Assembly: GCA_039794845.1 (NCBI GenBank)
Contig: JAUQVK010000041.1
Location: 1-39,962 of the forward strand
Source of the DNA: Thermostichus sp. DRC_bins_24
GTDB lineage: Bacteria; Cyanobacteriota; Cyanobacteriia; Thermostichales; Thermostichaceae
Direction of reading: 5' to 3'
DNA length: 39,962 nt
Below the pieces are notes generated by a model. That model was not told where the DNA came from and searched no databases. It saw nothing but the letters and a program-made list of their open reading frames with translations. The translations under genes were made by a program, and so were the position numbers. Positions 27,812 through 37,833 of this stretch are shown one piece after another. The first letter of the stretch is position 1. Each line of letters begins with the position of its first letter.

Positions 27812-29812
27812 ATGTTGCGCATTGGGCGGCAGTGGCCGCGTTGGTTGAAAGCATTGGGCATTACGCTTGCCTTTGGCTTGAGTATTGTGGCGTTGACGAT
27901 CACCAGTTCTCTGGGATCCCCCAAGGCGTCCCACCCGCTGGATCCCTTGACTGCCGAAGAAATTGAAACCACCGCCAGCGTCATCCGCGAGGCGGAGAGC
28001 TTGGCCGAAGATGCCACCTTTGTGCTGATTGATCTGCAGGAACCGGACAAAGCCGAGGTGCTCAGCTTTCAACCGGGGGATCCCTTCCACCGCGAAGCCT
28101 TTGCCATCGTCTACGAACCGAAGGCCAACCGCACCTACGAAGCCATCGTCGATCTGATGGAAAACAAGCTGATCACTTGGACGGAAGTGCCTGATGTGCA
28201 GCCGGCAATGGTGGGCAGCGAGTTTGGTTTGGCCGCCGAGGTGGTGAAGGCGGATCCCGGCTGGCAGGAAGCGATGCGCAGGCGCGGGATCACTGATTTC
28301 GACCGCGTGGCTGTAGATTGCTGGGCACCGGGCAACCTGAGCCCAGAAGAGGAAGCCTCTGGAGATCGCTTCTGCCGCGGCATTTCCTACTACAAAGGCG
28401 ACAACTGGAACTACTACGGCGCGCCCATTGAAGGGGTGCTGGCTACCGTGAACCTCAACACTGGCGAAGTCTCAAAACTCATCGATGACGACACCATTGT
28501 GGCCTTCTCCAAAGAGAGTTTTGACTACGACCTGGCCTCTCTGGGCACCGTTCGCCCCGCCCCCAAACCTCTGAAACTCCTCCATCCCGATGGAGCTAGC
28601 TACGAGATCAACGGCAACGAGATCACCTGGCAAGGGTGGAAGTTCCGCTACCTGATGCACCCGCGGGAGGGGCTGGTGCTCTACACCGTCCGCTACCAAG
28701 AGGGCGACGAAGAGCGGCCGGTACTATACCGGGTCAGCCTCTCGGAAATGGTGGTACCTTACGGGGATCCCGACGAAACCTGGTATTTCCGCAACGCCTT
28801 TGATGTTGGGGAATACAACTTCGGCCTACTGGCCAACACCATGGAACTGGGCAAGGAAGTACCCGAAAATGGCCTGCTGCTGGATGCCGTCTTTGCCGAT
28901 AACGATGGCGAGCCCTACGTGATGCCGGGGGTGGTGGGCCTCTACGAGCGGGATAACGGCATGCTGTGGAAGCACTACGACTACAATACCGAACGCAATG
29001 ATGTGCGCCGCAGCCGCGAGTTGGTGATGACCATGACCGCTGCCATCGGCAACTACGACTACGGCATTAGCTGGGTGTTTCACCAAGATGGCACCTTTGA
29101 AGTGCAAGCGGACTTAACCGGGATTGTCCTGGCCAAGGGTACGGATGCGGTGACCGCCGCCGATGCGGATCCCTTCTCCCCCCTGATGGCTCCCCATGTG
29201 GGCGGTACCAACCACCAGCACTACTTCAGCTTCCGGCTGGATATGGATGTGGACGGCACCGACAACAGGGTGACGGAGATGAACCTCAAACCCCTGCCCC
29301 AAGGCCCCGATAACCCAGCGGGCAACGCCTTCATCGCCCAAGAAACCCTGCTCAAAAGTGAGAAGGAGGCGGTGCGGGATATGAACATGATGAGCAACCG
29401 CAAGTGGATCATCGCCTCCACCACGCAGAAAAATGCTATTGCGGCCCCTACTGCCTATGTGCTGATGCCCGGCCACAACGCCATGTTTCTACCCATAGAG
29501 GGATCCAACGTACGGGATCGGGCCGGATTTGCCACCCACCACTTTTGGGCCACCCACTACCAACCGGGAGAACTCTACGCTGCCGGCCTTTACCCCAACC
29601 ACAGCAAGCCGGGAGAAGGATTGCCACAGTGGATCAGTGATGACCAACCCCTAGAAGGAGAAGATCTGGTGGTCTGGTATTCCTTGGGGGTCTCCCATGT
29701 GCCACGCCCAGAGGATTGGCCGGTGATGCCGGTGCACAGGACGGGCTTTAAGCTCATGCCCTGGGGCTTCTTCGACCGCAACCCCACCATTGACCTGGCG
29801 GAACCCGCCTGA
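27812..29812 (+). CDS. tynA: Copper/TPQ primary amine oxidase with an N-terminal export signal
   Basis: HPLDPLT, TPQ consensus GNYDY, copper ligands HQH and H(VPRPEDWPVMP), plus a hydrophobic N-terminal segment. Confidence 0.93.
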   Translation: MLRIGRQWPRWLKALGITLAFGLSIVALTITSSLGSPKASHPLDPLTAEEIETTASVIREAESLAEDATFVLIDLQEPDKAEVLSFQPGDPFHREAFAIVYEPKANRTYEAIVDLMENKLITWTEVPDVQPAMVGSEFGLAAEVVKADPGWQEAMRRRGITDFDRVAVDCWAPGNLSPEEEASGDRFCRGISYYKGDNWNYYGAPIEGVLATVNLNTGEVSKLIDDDTIVAFSKESFDYDLASLGTVRPAPKPLKLLHPDGASYEINGNEITWQGWKFRYLMHPREGLVLYTVRYQEGDEERPVLYRVSLSEMVVPYGDPDETWYFRNAFDVGEYNFGLLANTMELGKEVPENGLLLDAVFADNDGEPYVMPGVVGLYERDNGMLWKHYDYNTERNDVRRSRELVMTMTAAIGNYDYGISWVFHQDGTFEVQADLTGIVLAKGTDAVTAADADPFSPLMAPHVGGTNHQHYFSFRLDMDVDGTDNRVTEMNLKPLPQGPDNPAGNAFIAQETLLKSEKEAVRDMNMMSNRKWIIASTTQKNAIAAPTAYVLMPGHNAMFLPIEGSNVRDRAGFATHHFWATHYQPGELYAAGLYPNHSKPGEGLPQWISDDQPLEGEDLVVWYSLGVSHVPRPEDWPVMPVHRTGFKLMPWGFFDRNPTIDLAEPA

Positions 29813-29837
29813 AGCTGGGGAGCAAGAGTCTGAAACA

Positions 29838-29870
29838 AGAGGGGTCTGGAAATCTCCAGGCCCTTTTTTT
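29838..29870 (+). terminator. Rho-independent terminator after the amine oxidase
   Basis: GGGTCTGGA-AATC-TCCAGGCCC stem followed by T7. Confidence 0.85.
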
Positions 29871-29898
29871 CAGAGTTTGCCGAGGCATCAGTCGTTGA

Positions 29899-30381
29899 TT
29901 ACGAACTTGAGTCGGGTTGCCAGGGGAGCCAATCTTCATCCAGCGCTTGCTCTAGGGTGAAATCAGGCTCTTCAGGAATTTCTTGGGGATCTCGTTTGCT
30001 TGCTTTGAGAAAAAGCTTTCTAGCATTGCCATACGCAGATACGAAATGGTCACTGAGGTAGTTTTTGAGGCTGGGGCTATCTTCGAGGATGGCTTGAATC
30101 TGCAAACGAAAATTAGTAATTTCCAGATCCCATCCTCTGAAACACATCTCTCGCTCGGATTCCCAATACCGGAGCTTCAGAAAATGCTCACATAATCGCA
30201 TCAGATAGTTAGAAATAGCTCGTTTGTCACTCCTGCCCAAGCTCTCAATCTCCTCAATTAGATTTTCTAGGTCAAGATTGCTAAAGTTGTGTGCTTTCAA
30301 CTGAGCAATAGTTTGATCTAGCCAAAGTTGATAGTCTGCATCGTATAGCGACGTGGGTTTAGCTTTAACTTGAGGGTCCAT
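29899..30381 (-). CDS. DUF29 family protein
   Basis: LYDADYQLW...LDLENLIEEIESLGRS...EH.LK..YW...LEDSPSL...LDEDWLP, with AT-rich coding. Confidence 0.92.
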   Translation of the reverse strand: MDPQVKAKPTSLYDADYQLWLDQTIAQLKAHNFSNLDLENLIEEIESLGRSDKRAISNYLMRLCEHFLKLRYWESEREMCFRGWDLEITNFRLQIQAILEDSPSLKNYLSDHFVSAYGNARKLFLKASKRDPQEIPEEPDFTLEQALDEDWLPWQPDSSS

Positions 30382-30442
30382 AGCTGAATGCCTCCATGGT
30401 TATTTTTATTGTATTGAGATGTATTGAGATCTTGTATTGAGA

Positions 30443-30636
30443 AAAACTCCAAACTCATCGAAGAATCCGCACCGACATCAAACGGTAGATCAATATCAGA
30501 TCTACCTTGCCCTTAAACGACCGCATCAGCGAAGCCATCATCAGCTTGTTTTCGCCGACTCAATATAGTTCAGTACCTCGCTTTGCATCGGGTCAGGAAG
30601 TGTATCCAGCTTCTCTAGGATTTTGGGGTTTATCAT
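30443..30636 (-). pseudogene. DUF2281-like antitoxin remnant
   Basis: Hand translation from ATG 30636 gives MINPKILEKLDTLPDPMQSEVLNYIE, then a premature stop at 30541-30543. A possible out-of-frame SFKGK remnant lies downstream. The 3' limit is approximate. Confidence 0.6.
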
Positions 30637-30832
30637 ACAGGGGCTCAGACCAACCATGACCATGACAACAGGAGCTTCCTACTCGGTGGGAGCTTGAAGG
30701 CATCACCAATCCTGTGAGTTTGAAGAACGATCCAAAGCAAGCCCTCGGTAGGACAAGCTACCCAACAAAAAGGGAAAATTAGACTTCATCCTATCCTGCA
30801 GCCTCTTTTCAAACGAGGGATCCCAACCGAGG

Positions 30833-32023
30833 TTACCCCCACTCTTGCATGGCCTGCGCCAACAGTTGGGCTACTTCTGGTCGAGAAAACTCCGGTGGGG
30901 GGACTTCACCGCGCCGCAGCATCTCCCGCACTTTGGTACCGGAAAGGTGAATGCGCTCGTGGGGTTGGCTAGGGCTAGTCTTAGCGGTGGCCATGGTGCC
31001 CGTGACGGTGCAGTAGAAGGCGTGCTCGAACATCAGAGGCGTAATGCCCAGTTCTCCGGGCTGAAACTCATCAAAAATGTATTGGGCATCGTAAGTGCCG
31101 TAGTAATCCCCCACCCCCGCATGGTCACGCCCGACGATGAAGTGGGTGCAGCCGTAGTTCTTGCGGATCAGCGCGTGGAAGATCGCCTCGCGTGGGCCGG
31201 CGTAGCGCATGGCGGAGGGATTAATCGCCAAGATCACCCGATCTCGGGGGTAGTATTTCTCAAGCAATACCTCGTAGCAGCGCATCCGCACATCAGCGGG
31301 GATATCATCACTCTTGGTTGCCCCCACCAGCGGATGCAAAAACAGGCCATCCACGATTTCTAAGGCGCACTTTTGGATGTACTCGTGGGCACGGTGGATC
31401 GGGTTGCGGGTTTGAAAGCCGACAATGGTTCTCCACCCTCTCTCGCGGAAAAGCTGACGAGATTGGGCAGGGTCAATTTGATAGGCCGGAAACAGGGGGT
31501 GGGGATCCCGTCGCAAAAGGGTGATCGGGCCCGCCAAGTAAACGGATCCCTGCTCGTAAAGCACCTTCACCCCCGGATGATGGTCGTCGGTGGTGCGGTA
31601 AACCTGCTGGGCTTCTCGGGTTTTGTCGTAGGTAAATTTCTCCGTCAGTTCCATGAGGCCGATCAGGGATCCCGTAGAAGAAGCCAAAGTAAGCATCTGC
31701 CCCTCTTTCAGATTGGCTGCCACTTCCGGTGAAACCGGCAAGGTTACCGGTAGCGACCAAGCCAAGCCATTGGCCAAGTGCATGGTTTCCACCACCGCTT
31801 GGTAGTCTGCCTGGTTCATAAACCCCGTCAGCGGGCTAAAGCCGCCGATGGCGATCATCTCCAAATCCGATTGGGCCCGTTCGCTGAGGTCAATCGTGGG
31901 GCAATGTTCGGCTTTTGAGCGTAGCTCCTCTATCTGCTCAGCGGGGGCAATGCGATTGATCAAGGTGCCGCCGTGGGGGGGAATGGCATCACGAGAGAAG
32001 ACAGGGGGCTGAGATTGGCTCAT
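30833..32023 (-). CDS. sat: Sulfate adenylyltransferase (ATP sulfurylase)
   Basis: Motifs [44 protein letters not shown] and LSGTKVR. Start at ATG 32023. Confidence 0.97.
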   Translation of the reverse strand: MSQSQPPVFSRDAIPPHGGTLINRIAPAEQIEELRSKAEHCPTIDLSERAQSDLEMIAIGGFSPLTGFMNQADYQAVVETMHLANGLAWSLPVTLPVSPEVAANLKEGQMLTLASSTGSLIGLMELTEKFTYDKTREAQQVYRTTDDHHPGVKVLYEQGSVYLAGPITLLRRDPHPLFPAYQIDPAQSRQLFRERGWRTIVGFQTRNPIHRAHEYIQKCALEIVDGLFLHPLVGATKSDDIPADVRMRCYEVLLEKYYPRDRVILAINPSAMRYAGPREAIFHALIRKNYGCTHFIVGRDHAGVGDYYGTYDAQYIFDEFQPGELGITPLMFEHAFYCTVTGTMATAKTSPSQPHERIHLSGTKVREMLRRGEVPPPEFSRPEVAQLLAQAMQEWG

Positions 32024-32203
32024 GAGAAGTAGCAGTAGTAGGGAATGACAAAACCTGGCAAAGGGGATCCGACACAAAACAGGAACGGAATCGTAACGTA
32101 CTGAGAATCCGTTCAATTCCGAACCCGATCCAGATTAGCGCCCCCAGGGATCCACTTCACAAGGGGATCCACGCCGATGTGACCCAGAGAACCCGACCTA
32201 CCC

Positions 32204-32704
32204 TCAATCCAACAGATAAGGGGGCATCTTCTCGTCTGTGGCCGACACGTTATCAAAAATGGGCCGATTCATAATTTTCTTTTGCAGGTGCAGGGGAGGC
32301 AGTGGGGAGGCTTGCGGCTGGGGTTTCGGTTGAGGCGGGGCTTGTCCTTTGCGGCTCTGCAACTCCTGAATGGTTTTGGCCCGCTCATCCGCAACGGTTT
32401 GTAATTGCGCCAGCGCCTTTTGCAGTTCATCCCGATGGGCGCTCACCTGCTGCAACTGGGCTTGCAAACTGGAGACTTTGTTCTGGTAATCCTGCAGATG
32501 CTGCTGGGTTTGGGCCAGTTGGCTCCTGAGGGCTTCCACTTCCGCCGAGGACATTGTGGGTTCCTCCTGAGGAGAGGTGGGTGTGGATTCAGAAGTGGCT
32601 TCTGACCCAGATTTAGCGCTTGCGCTTGCCTTGCGCCGAGATCCACTGGAGCGGCGGGAAGAGCCCCCCGAAGAAGAAAACAGGCTACGGTCAGATCCAG
32701 TCAC
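32204..32704 (-). CDS. Coiled-coil ParA partner protein, McdB-like candidate
   Basis: 166 aa with a basic Ser-rich disordered N-terminus, a Gln-rich central coiled coil and a C-terminal PYLLD. GTGA overlap with the parA-like gene. Confidence 0.6.
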   Translation of the reverse strand: MTGSDRSLFSSSGGSSRRSSGSRRKASASAKSGSEATSESTPTSPQEEPTMSSAEVEALRSQLAQTQQHLQDYQNKVSSLQAQLQQVSAHRDELQKALAQLQTVADERAKTIQELQSRKGQAPPQPKPQPQASPLPPLHLQKKIMNRPIFDNVSATDEKMPPYLLD

Positions 32705-33483
32705 AAGAGCACCTCATGCTCAACAAACTGCAGCAACCGCTGACACACTGCTGCCCCGGGCCGATATTCCATCACCGTCAGGCCATAATCGAAAGCCGTG
32801 CGCAAATCGCTGCTATCTGGAATGGTAACGGGTGAAAGCACATCCGCAAAAATCTGTTGCGCTTGCACATACAACTGGCCCGTATGGGATCCCGACCAAA
32901 TCCCCCCCGGCAGATAGCGATCATCCAGCATGGTCAACACGGTGCGGGCCTGGCTCAACTGGCCTTTAAGGGAGCTGATGTAGCGCAGGGTCACCTCCGT
33001 GCAAGAAAAATCCGCTCGGTTGAGCCGCGATGGGATCACCACCCGCTGGGCGACCTGGAGCGCATTGGCCGTGAGGGCATTCAACTCCCCGGGTGTATCC
33101 AGAAAGATAAAGTCGTAGTCGCCTAGAAGGGGGCCAAGCTGCTGCTGCAACACGTCTTGCCCTGAAGATCCGGCAGCAGCCAATTGTGCGGCAACCTCGG
33201 CCATGTTGCTGTGGGAGGGCACCACATCCACGCCCTTGTCGGTGCTGTACACAACCTCCTCCAGGGGGCGCTGTTGCTGTGGGTGCAGGCTGGCCCAAAC
33301 CGTTTCAGACTCAGGCAGGGATCCGGTTTCTTCCAGGTAAAGGCTGCTGGCGGTGGCCTGGGAAGTGAGATCGATCAACAACACCCGTTTCCCCCGTTGC
33401 GCCATCAATTGCGCCGCATGCACGCAGAGGGTGGACTTGCCGGTGCCCCCTTTGTTGTTGGTAAACGCCAAGATCCGTGTCAT
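32701..33483 (-). CDS. ParA/MinD family ATPase (McdA-like candidate)
   Basis: Deviant Walker A NKGGTGKST, LLIDL..Q and Walker B FLDTPG. ATG 33483 follows GAGG. Confidence 0.88.
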   Translation of the reverse strand: MTRILAFTNNKGGTGKSTLCVHAAQLMAQRGKRVLLIDLTSQATASSLYLEETGSLPESETVWASLHPQQQRPLEEVVYSTDKGVDVVPSHSNMAEVAAQLAAAGSSGQDVLQQQLGPLLGDYDFIFLDTPGELNALTANALQVAQRVVIPSRLNRADFSCTEVTLRYISSLKGQLSQARTVLTMLDDRYLPGGIWSGSHTGQLYVQAQQIFADVLSPVTIPDSSDLRTAFDYGLTVMEYRPGAAVCQRLLQFVEHEVLL

Positions 33484-33623
33484 GACCTCTCCCTGTGCTG
33501 CCTGTTCTCTTCCGGATCTTCCCCCATTCCCCTCTCTCAGGATCACTTCAGGAAGGCGGTTCAGGTGGCCCCGCAGCGGTCTATGCTAGTGGTTGTAGCC
33601 TGGCCGTAAGCTGGAGGAAGACC

Positions 33624-34910
33624 ATGCGTGAGGTATTGGCAATCATCTTGGGAGGCGGGCGTGGTACCCGTCTTTACCCCCTCACCAAACGCCGTGCCAA
33701 ACCCGCTGTACCCTTAGCAGGCAAATATCGCCTGATCGACATTCCGGTCAGCAACTGTATCAACTCTCACATTGAAAAGATCTATGTCCTGACGCAGTTT
33801 AACTCCGCCTCTTTGAATCGCCACATTGTCAATACCTACCGCTTTTCCCCCTTTAGCGGCGGCTTTGTGGATGTGTTGGCGGCGCAGCAAACCCCAGAGA
33901 ACCCCGAGTGGTTCCAGGGCACGGCTGATGCGGTGCGGCAATATCTCTGGCTGATGGAGTCTTGGAAACCACGGGAGTACCTGATCCTCTCCGGCGACCA
34001 CCTCTACTGCATGGACTATCGCCCCTTCATCGAACATCACCGACAAACCGGGGCAGATGTAACGCTGGCAGTGTTGCCCTGTGGCGAAAATGTCGCCTCC
34101 GGCTTTGGTTTGCTCAAGATCGGCGAGAACGGCCGCATTGTCGATTTCAAAGAAAAGCCGAAAGGGGAGCTGCTGAAAACCTGCCAAGTGGATACCCAAG
34201 CCCTTGGCCTCAGCCCTGAAGAAGCAAAAGCCAAACCCTACATCGCCTCCATGGGCATTTACGTTTTCAAGCGGGAAGCCCTGATCGAGATGTTGAAGGT
34301 GAAGGAACACACCGATTTCGGCAAAGAGGTGTTGCCGGCTGCCATCGACAAGTATCACGTGCAAGCCTACCTCTTCAACGGCTACTGGGAAGACATCGGC
34401 ACCATCGAGGCCTTCTATCGGGCCAATCTCTCGCTGGTGAAGCAACCCAATCCCCCCTTCAGCTTCTTCAACAGTGAGATGCCCATCTACACCCGTCCGC
34501 GCTTCTTGCCCCCCAACAAGATCCTCGACTCCCACATTGTGAGCTCGATCATCGCCGACGGCTGCATCATCAAAAACGCGCAAATTCGCAACTCGATCAT
34601 CGGCATTCGCAGCCGTCTAGAGGCGAACACGATCGTGGAAAACACACTGGTGATGGGGGCGGATTATTACGAGTCGGCAGAGGAGCGACAAGCCAAACTC
34701 AACGAAGGGATCCCACCGGTGGGCATTGGGGCCAACTCCCATGTTGCTAACGCAATCGTGGATAAGAACGCTCGCATCGGACGTAACGTACGCATCCTCA
34801 ACAAAGACCACATCACCGAAGCCGAACGCGAAGACGAAGGGATCTGGATCAGCAATGGCATTGTTACGATCATCAAGGACTCCATCATCCCCGACAACAC
34901 GGTGATTTAG
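33624..34910 (+). CDS. glgC: Glucose-1-phosphate adenylyltransferase
   Basis: [33 protein letters not shown] and YWEDIGT. RBS GGAGG precedes ATG 33624. Confidence 0.98.
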   Translation: MREVLAIILGGGRGTRLYPLTKRRAKPAVPLAGKYRLIDIPVSNCINSHIEKIYVLTQFNSASLNRHIVNTYRFSPFSGGFVDVLAAQQTPENPEWFQGTADAVRQYLWLMESWKPREYLILSGDHLYCMDYRPFIEHHRQTGADVTLAVLPCGENVASGFGLLKIGENGRIVDFKEKPKGELLKTCQVDTQALGLSPEEAKAKPYIASMGIYVFKREALIEMLKVKEHTDFGKEVLPAAIDKYHVQAYLFNGYWEDIGTIEAFYRANLSLVKQPNPPFSFFNSEMPIYTRPRFLPPNKILDSHIVSSIIADGCIIKNAQIRNSIIGIRSRLEANTIVENTLVMGADYYESAEERQAKLNEGIPPVGIGANSHVANAIVDKNARIGRNVRILNKDHITEAEREDEGIWISNGIVTIIKDSIIPDNTVI

Positions 34911-35001
34911 GTGATTTAACGGTGCTTCGGCGGATCCCGATGCGTTCAAACTGACATTACGATAGATAACGGAAGTTCTTGTGTTGTGAGCTGAGCCCAG
35001 C

Positions 35002-36777
35002 GTGCTTGACTCGTCCCCTATCGCCTCCCTCGAAGCTTACGATCCCCAGTTCATCTCCCGATATTACCGTTGGCGATTGCCCCAGGTGATCGGTCGTGCC
35101 CTGGCCATTCTCTGGCCCTTCCTTTGGTTTGTCCTCTGCCTACGTTGGGATCAGCTTTGGGGGCATACGGAGCGCAATGTTGCCCGGCGCTCAGTGCAAT
35201 TGCGGAAGTTGCTCACCCATTTGGGGCCAACTTTTATCAAAGTGGGGCAAGCCCTTTCCACCCGACCGGATCTGGTGCGTAAAGATTTCTTAGAAGAACT
35301 CACCCAACTGCAGGATCAATTACCCAGTTTTCCTTCGTCGCAAGCCTTTGCCCGCATTGAGTCGGAGCTGGGTCGCCCCATCGCCGAGATCTACGCCCAG
35401 ATTTCTCCGGAGCCGGTAGCCGCCGCCAGTTTGGGCCAGGTGTACAAAGCGCAACTGCACAGTGGCGAGTGGGTGGCCGTAAAGGTGCAGCGGCCCCACC
35501 TGCGGGAACGGTTGAGTTTGGATCTGTACCTGATTCGCTGGGCTTCTACCTGGCTGGGCCCTTGGCTGCCCTTGAATTTGGGCAATACCTTGACGGCAGT
35601 GGTGGATGAGTTTGGCCGCAAACTCTACGAAGAGATTGACTACCTGAACGAAGGGCGCAACTGTGAACGCTTTGCCGGCTACTTTCACGGGGATCCGGAT
35701 GTGTATGTGCCCCGTATCTTTTGGGCCTACAGCACCCGCCGCGTTCTGACGCTGGAGTGGATCGACGGCATCAAGCTAACGGACGTAGAACGCATTCAAG
35801 CCGCCAACCTGGAGGTAAAGCAACTGGTGCGCATTGGGGTGGTCTCGGCCCTTAAGCAACTGCTGGAATACGGCTTTTTCCATGCGGATCCCCATCCTGG
35901 CAACCTGTTTGCCCTCACCGATGGGCGCATGGCCTACATCGATTTCGGCATGATGGATCAGCTGACCCAGGAGATGAAGGAGTATCTGGTGGATGCGCTG
36001 GTGCATCTGGTGGATCGGGATTACAACACCCTCATCGACGACTTTATTCATCTGGGCTTTTTGCAACCCGACATCAATCGCGAGGAGCTGATCCCGGCTT
36101 TGGAAAGGGTACTGGCGGATGTGCTGACCCAGGAGGTGGGCAACTTTAACTTCAAAACCGCCACCGATCAGTTCTCGGATTTGATGTATCGCTATCCCTT
36201 TCAGGTGCCACCCCACTTTGCTTTGGTGATCCGCTCTTTGGTCACCCAAGAAGGAGTAGCCCTGAGCCTCTATCCGCAGTTTCGCATCGTTGGGGTGGCC
36301 TACCCCTATGTGGCCAAGCGCCTGCTGACGGATGAATCGCCCCGCATCCGGGAACGCCTGCTGCAGGTGTTGATCAAAGAGGGCAAATTCCGCTGGAACC
36401 GCCTGGAGAACCTGATCCAAATTGCCCGCAGCGATGGGGGACTCGACTTGGTGCCCACCGCCCAAATGGGCCTGCGCTACCTGATGTCGGAGGAATCCCG
36501 TAATCTGCGCCGCCAGTTGGTGCTTTCTCTCACGGAGGATGACCGCATTCACTTTGAGGAGTTGCAGCGTCTGTGGCATTTGCTCAGCCCCGAAATCTCC
36601 CCAACCCGACTCTGGCAGGCAACACTGGGATCCCTGCCCAACCCCTTGACCCATGACCTGCAACACACCTTTGACGAGTGGGGGGAGCAGGTGCAGGCCC
36701 ATTTGAAACAACTAAGCCGCTGGCGACTGCCACAACCCTGGCCGGATTTGCTGGCAGGAACGCGAGAGGAAAGGTAG
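35002..36777 (+). CDS. ABC1/AarF/UbiB family atypical kinase
   Basis: LGPTFIKVGQ, AAASLGQVYKA, VAVKVQRP, FFHADPHPGN and IDFGMM. Confidence 0.95.
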   Translation: MLDSSPIASLEAYDPQFISRYYRWRLPQVIGRALAILWPFLWFVLCLRWDQLWGHTERNVARRSVQLRKLLTHLGPTFIKVGQALSTRPDLVRKDFLEELTQLQDQLPSFPSSQAFARIESELGRPIAEIYAQISPEPVAAASLGQVYKAQLHSGEWVAVKVQRPHLRERLSLDLYLIRWASTWLGPWLPLNLGNTLTAVVDEFGRKLYEEIDYLNEGRNCERFAGYFHGDPDVYVPRIFWAYSTRRVLTLEWIDGIKLTDVERIQAANLEVKQLVRIGVVSALKQLLEYGFFHADPHPGNLFALTDGRMAYIDFGMMDQLTQEMKEYLVDALVHLVDRDYNTLIDDFIHLGFLQPDINREELIPALERVLADVLTQEVGNFNFKTATDQFSDLMYRYPFQVPPHFALVIRSLVTQEGVALSLYPQFRIVGVAYPYVAKRLLTDESPRIRERLLQVLIKEGKFRWNRLENLIQIARSDGGLDLVPTAQMGLRYLMSEESRNLRRQLVLSLTEDDRIHFEELQRLWHLLSPEISPTRLWQATLGSLPNPLTHDLQHTFDEWGEQVQAHLKQLSRWRLPQPWPDLLAGTREER

Positions 36778-36819
36778 AACGGAAGAAGATAATCCTGAGT
36801 TATTTACCTGGACGAAAGC

Positions 36820-37197
36820 GTGGCAGATCAACAGGGTGATTTCATCGCGGGTGTGGTGACCGGAGCTGTGTTGGGAGGGCTCATTGGCGGGGTGATCGGG
36901 TTTGTGCTCGCCCCCAAAATGGGCAAGGGATCCCCTGAAGGCCAACGCCGGGATCCAGATCGCCTCAACGGTGCCTCTGCCATCCCCATGACCACCGGGC
37001 GACCGCGCATCAGTGCCTCTCCAGTCATGACCAGCCCCAGCAACTGGACGGAGTGGGAAAATGAGGCGGAACGGATCGCCCAGGCTCGCCGCACCCTAGA
37101 AGCCAAGATTGCCGAGTTGAATGAGGCCATTCAGGCCACCCGCGCTCAGCTGATCGTCAAGGACGTGTCCTCTGCCACTGCTGAGGAAACCCCCTGA
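36820..37197 (+). CDS. Hypothetical membrane-anchored protein (Gly-zipper TM plus C-terminal coiled coil)
   Basis: FIAGVVTGAVLGGLIGGVIG and ARRTLEAKIAELNEAI...R.QL. Lies directly upstream of yggT. Confidence 0.8.
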   Translation: MADQQGDFIAGVVTGAVLGGLIGGVIGFVLAPKMGKGSPEGQRRDPDRLNGASAIPMTTGRPRISASPVMTSPSNWTEWENEAERIAQARRTLEAKIAELNEAIQATRAQLIVKDVSSATAEETP

Positions 37198-37358
37198 GGA
37201 GGGATCCTCCGTTTTTCATGCCAAACTAGAGGCGGTACTGGCTTGTCGTCTGTGGCCCGGTCGTGATCCAAACAGTTGTGATCTGAGGGGATCCGCGGCC
37301 TGCCTCTCCTGACCCAGTTGTGCCCAGTTGAGTTGTTGTTCCTCCGCCTTTCCCAACC

Positions 37359-37688
37359 ATGATGCTCAGCCACCTTTTGCCTGCTCTCGCCTCGATGAAT
37401 AGCCTCTCTTTGGGGTTGGTCTATGCCACTGCGGGGTCGTTGCTGTTCCGCTCCATTTACCAGTTCATCGTCATCTACAACGTTCTGTTGATCGTGCGCA
37501 TTTTGCTGAGCTGGTTCCCACAACTGAACTGGTCGAACCCCATTCTGTCGGTGCTCAGCCAACTGACGGATCCCTATTTGAACCTGTTTCGCGGCATTAT
37601 CCCCCCGATTGGTGGCCTCGACTTCTCCCCATGGTTGGCGTTCATTTTGCTCAGTTTTGCCATGCAGGTGGTGGGCCAGTTTGCCTAG
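37359..37688 (+). CDS. yggT: YggT/YlmG (Ycf19) membrane protein
   Basis: LIVRILLSWFP, LTDPYLNLFR.IIPPIGGLDFSP. The start may be later. Confidence 0.92.
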   Translation: MMLSHLLPALASMNSLSLGLVYATAGSLLFRSIYQFIVIYNVLLIVRILLSWFPQLNWSNPILSVLSQLTDPYLNLFRGIIPPIGGLDFSPWLAFILLSFAMQVVGQFA

Positions 37689-37833
37689 CGTTGGTCGATT
37701 GAGAACCCTTGTAAGGCCGAGACAGGGATCCCTCTGGAAAGGGGGTCTCTGAGGTTGGCTTGTCGTAGCATTTGATCCATCCTGACGGGGCGGGATCCCC
37801 TTAAAATCGGGAGTCACTTTTTCGTTGCCCACC

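Noticed and set aside
27585..27848. Cys-containing 87-aa ORF before the amine oxidase
   Set aside because: GGAGG is only 2 nt from the ATG, it overlaps the oxidase start out of frame, and it has no recognisable motif.
33714..36711. Long antisense ORFs (33714-34583, 35776-36711; likewise 498-1253 and 3583-4227)
   Set aside because: They are shadows of well-supported genes in GC-rich DNA and have no recognisable motifs.
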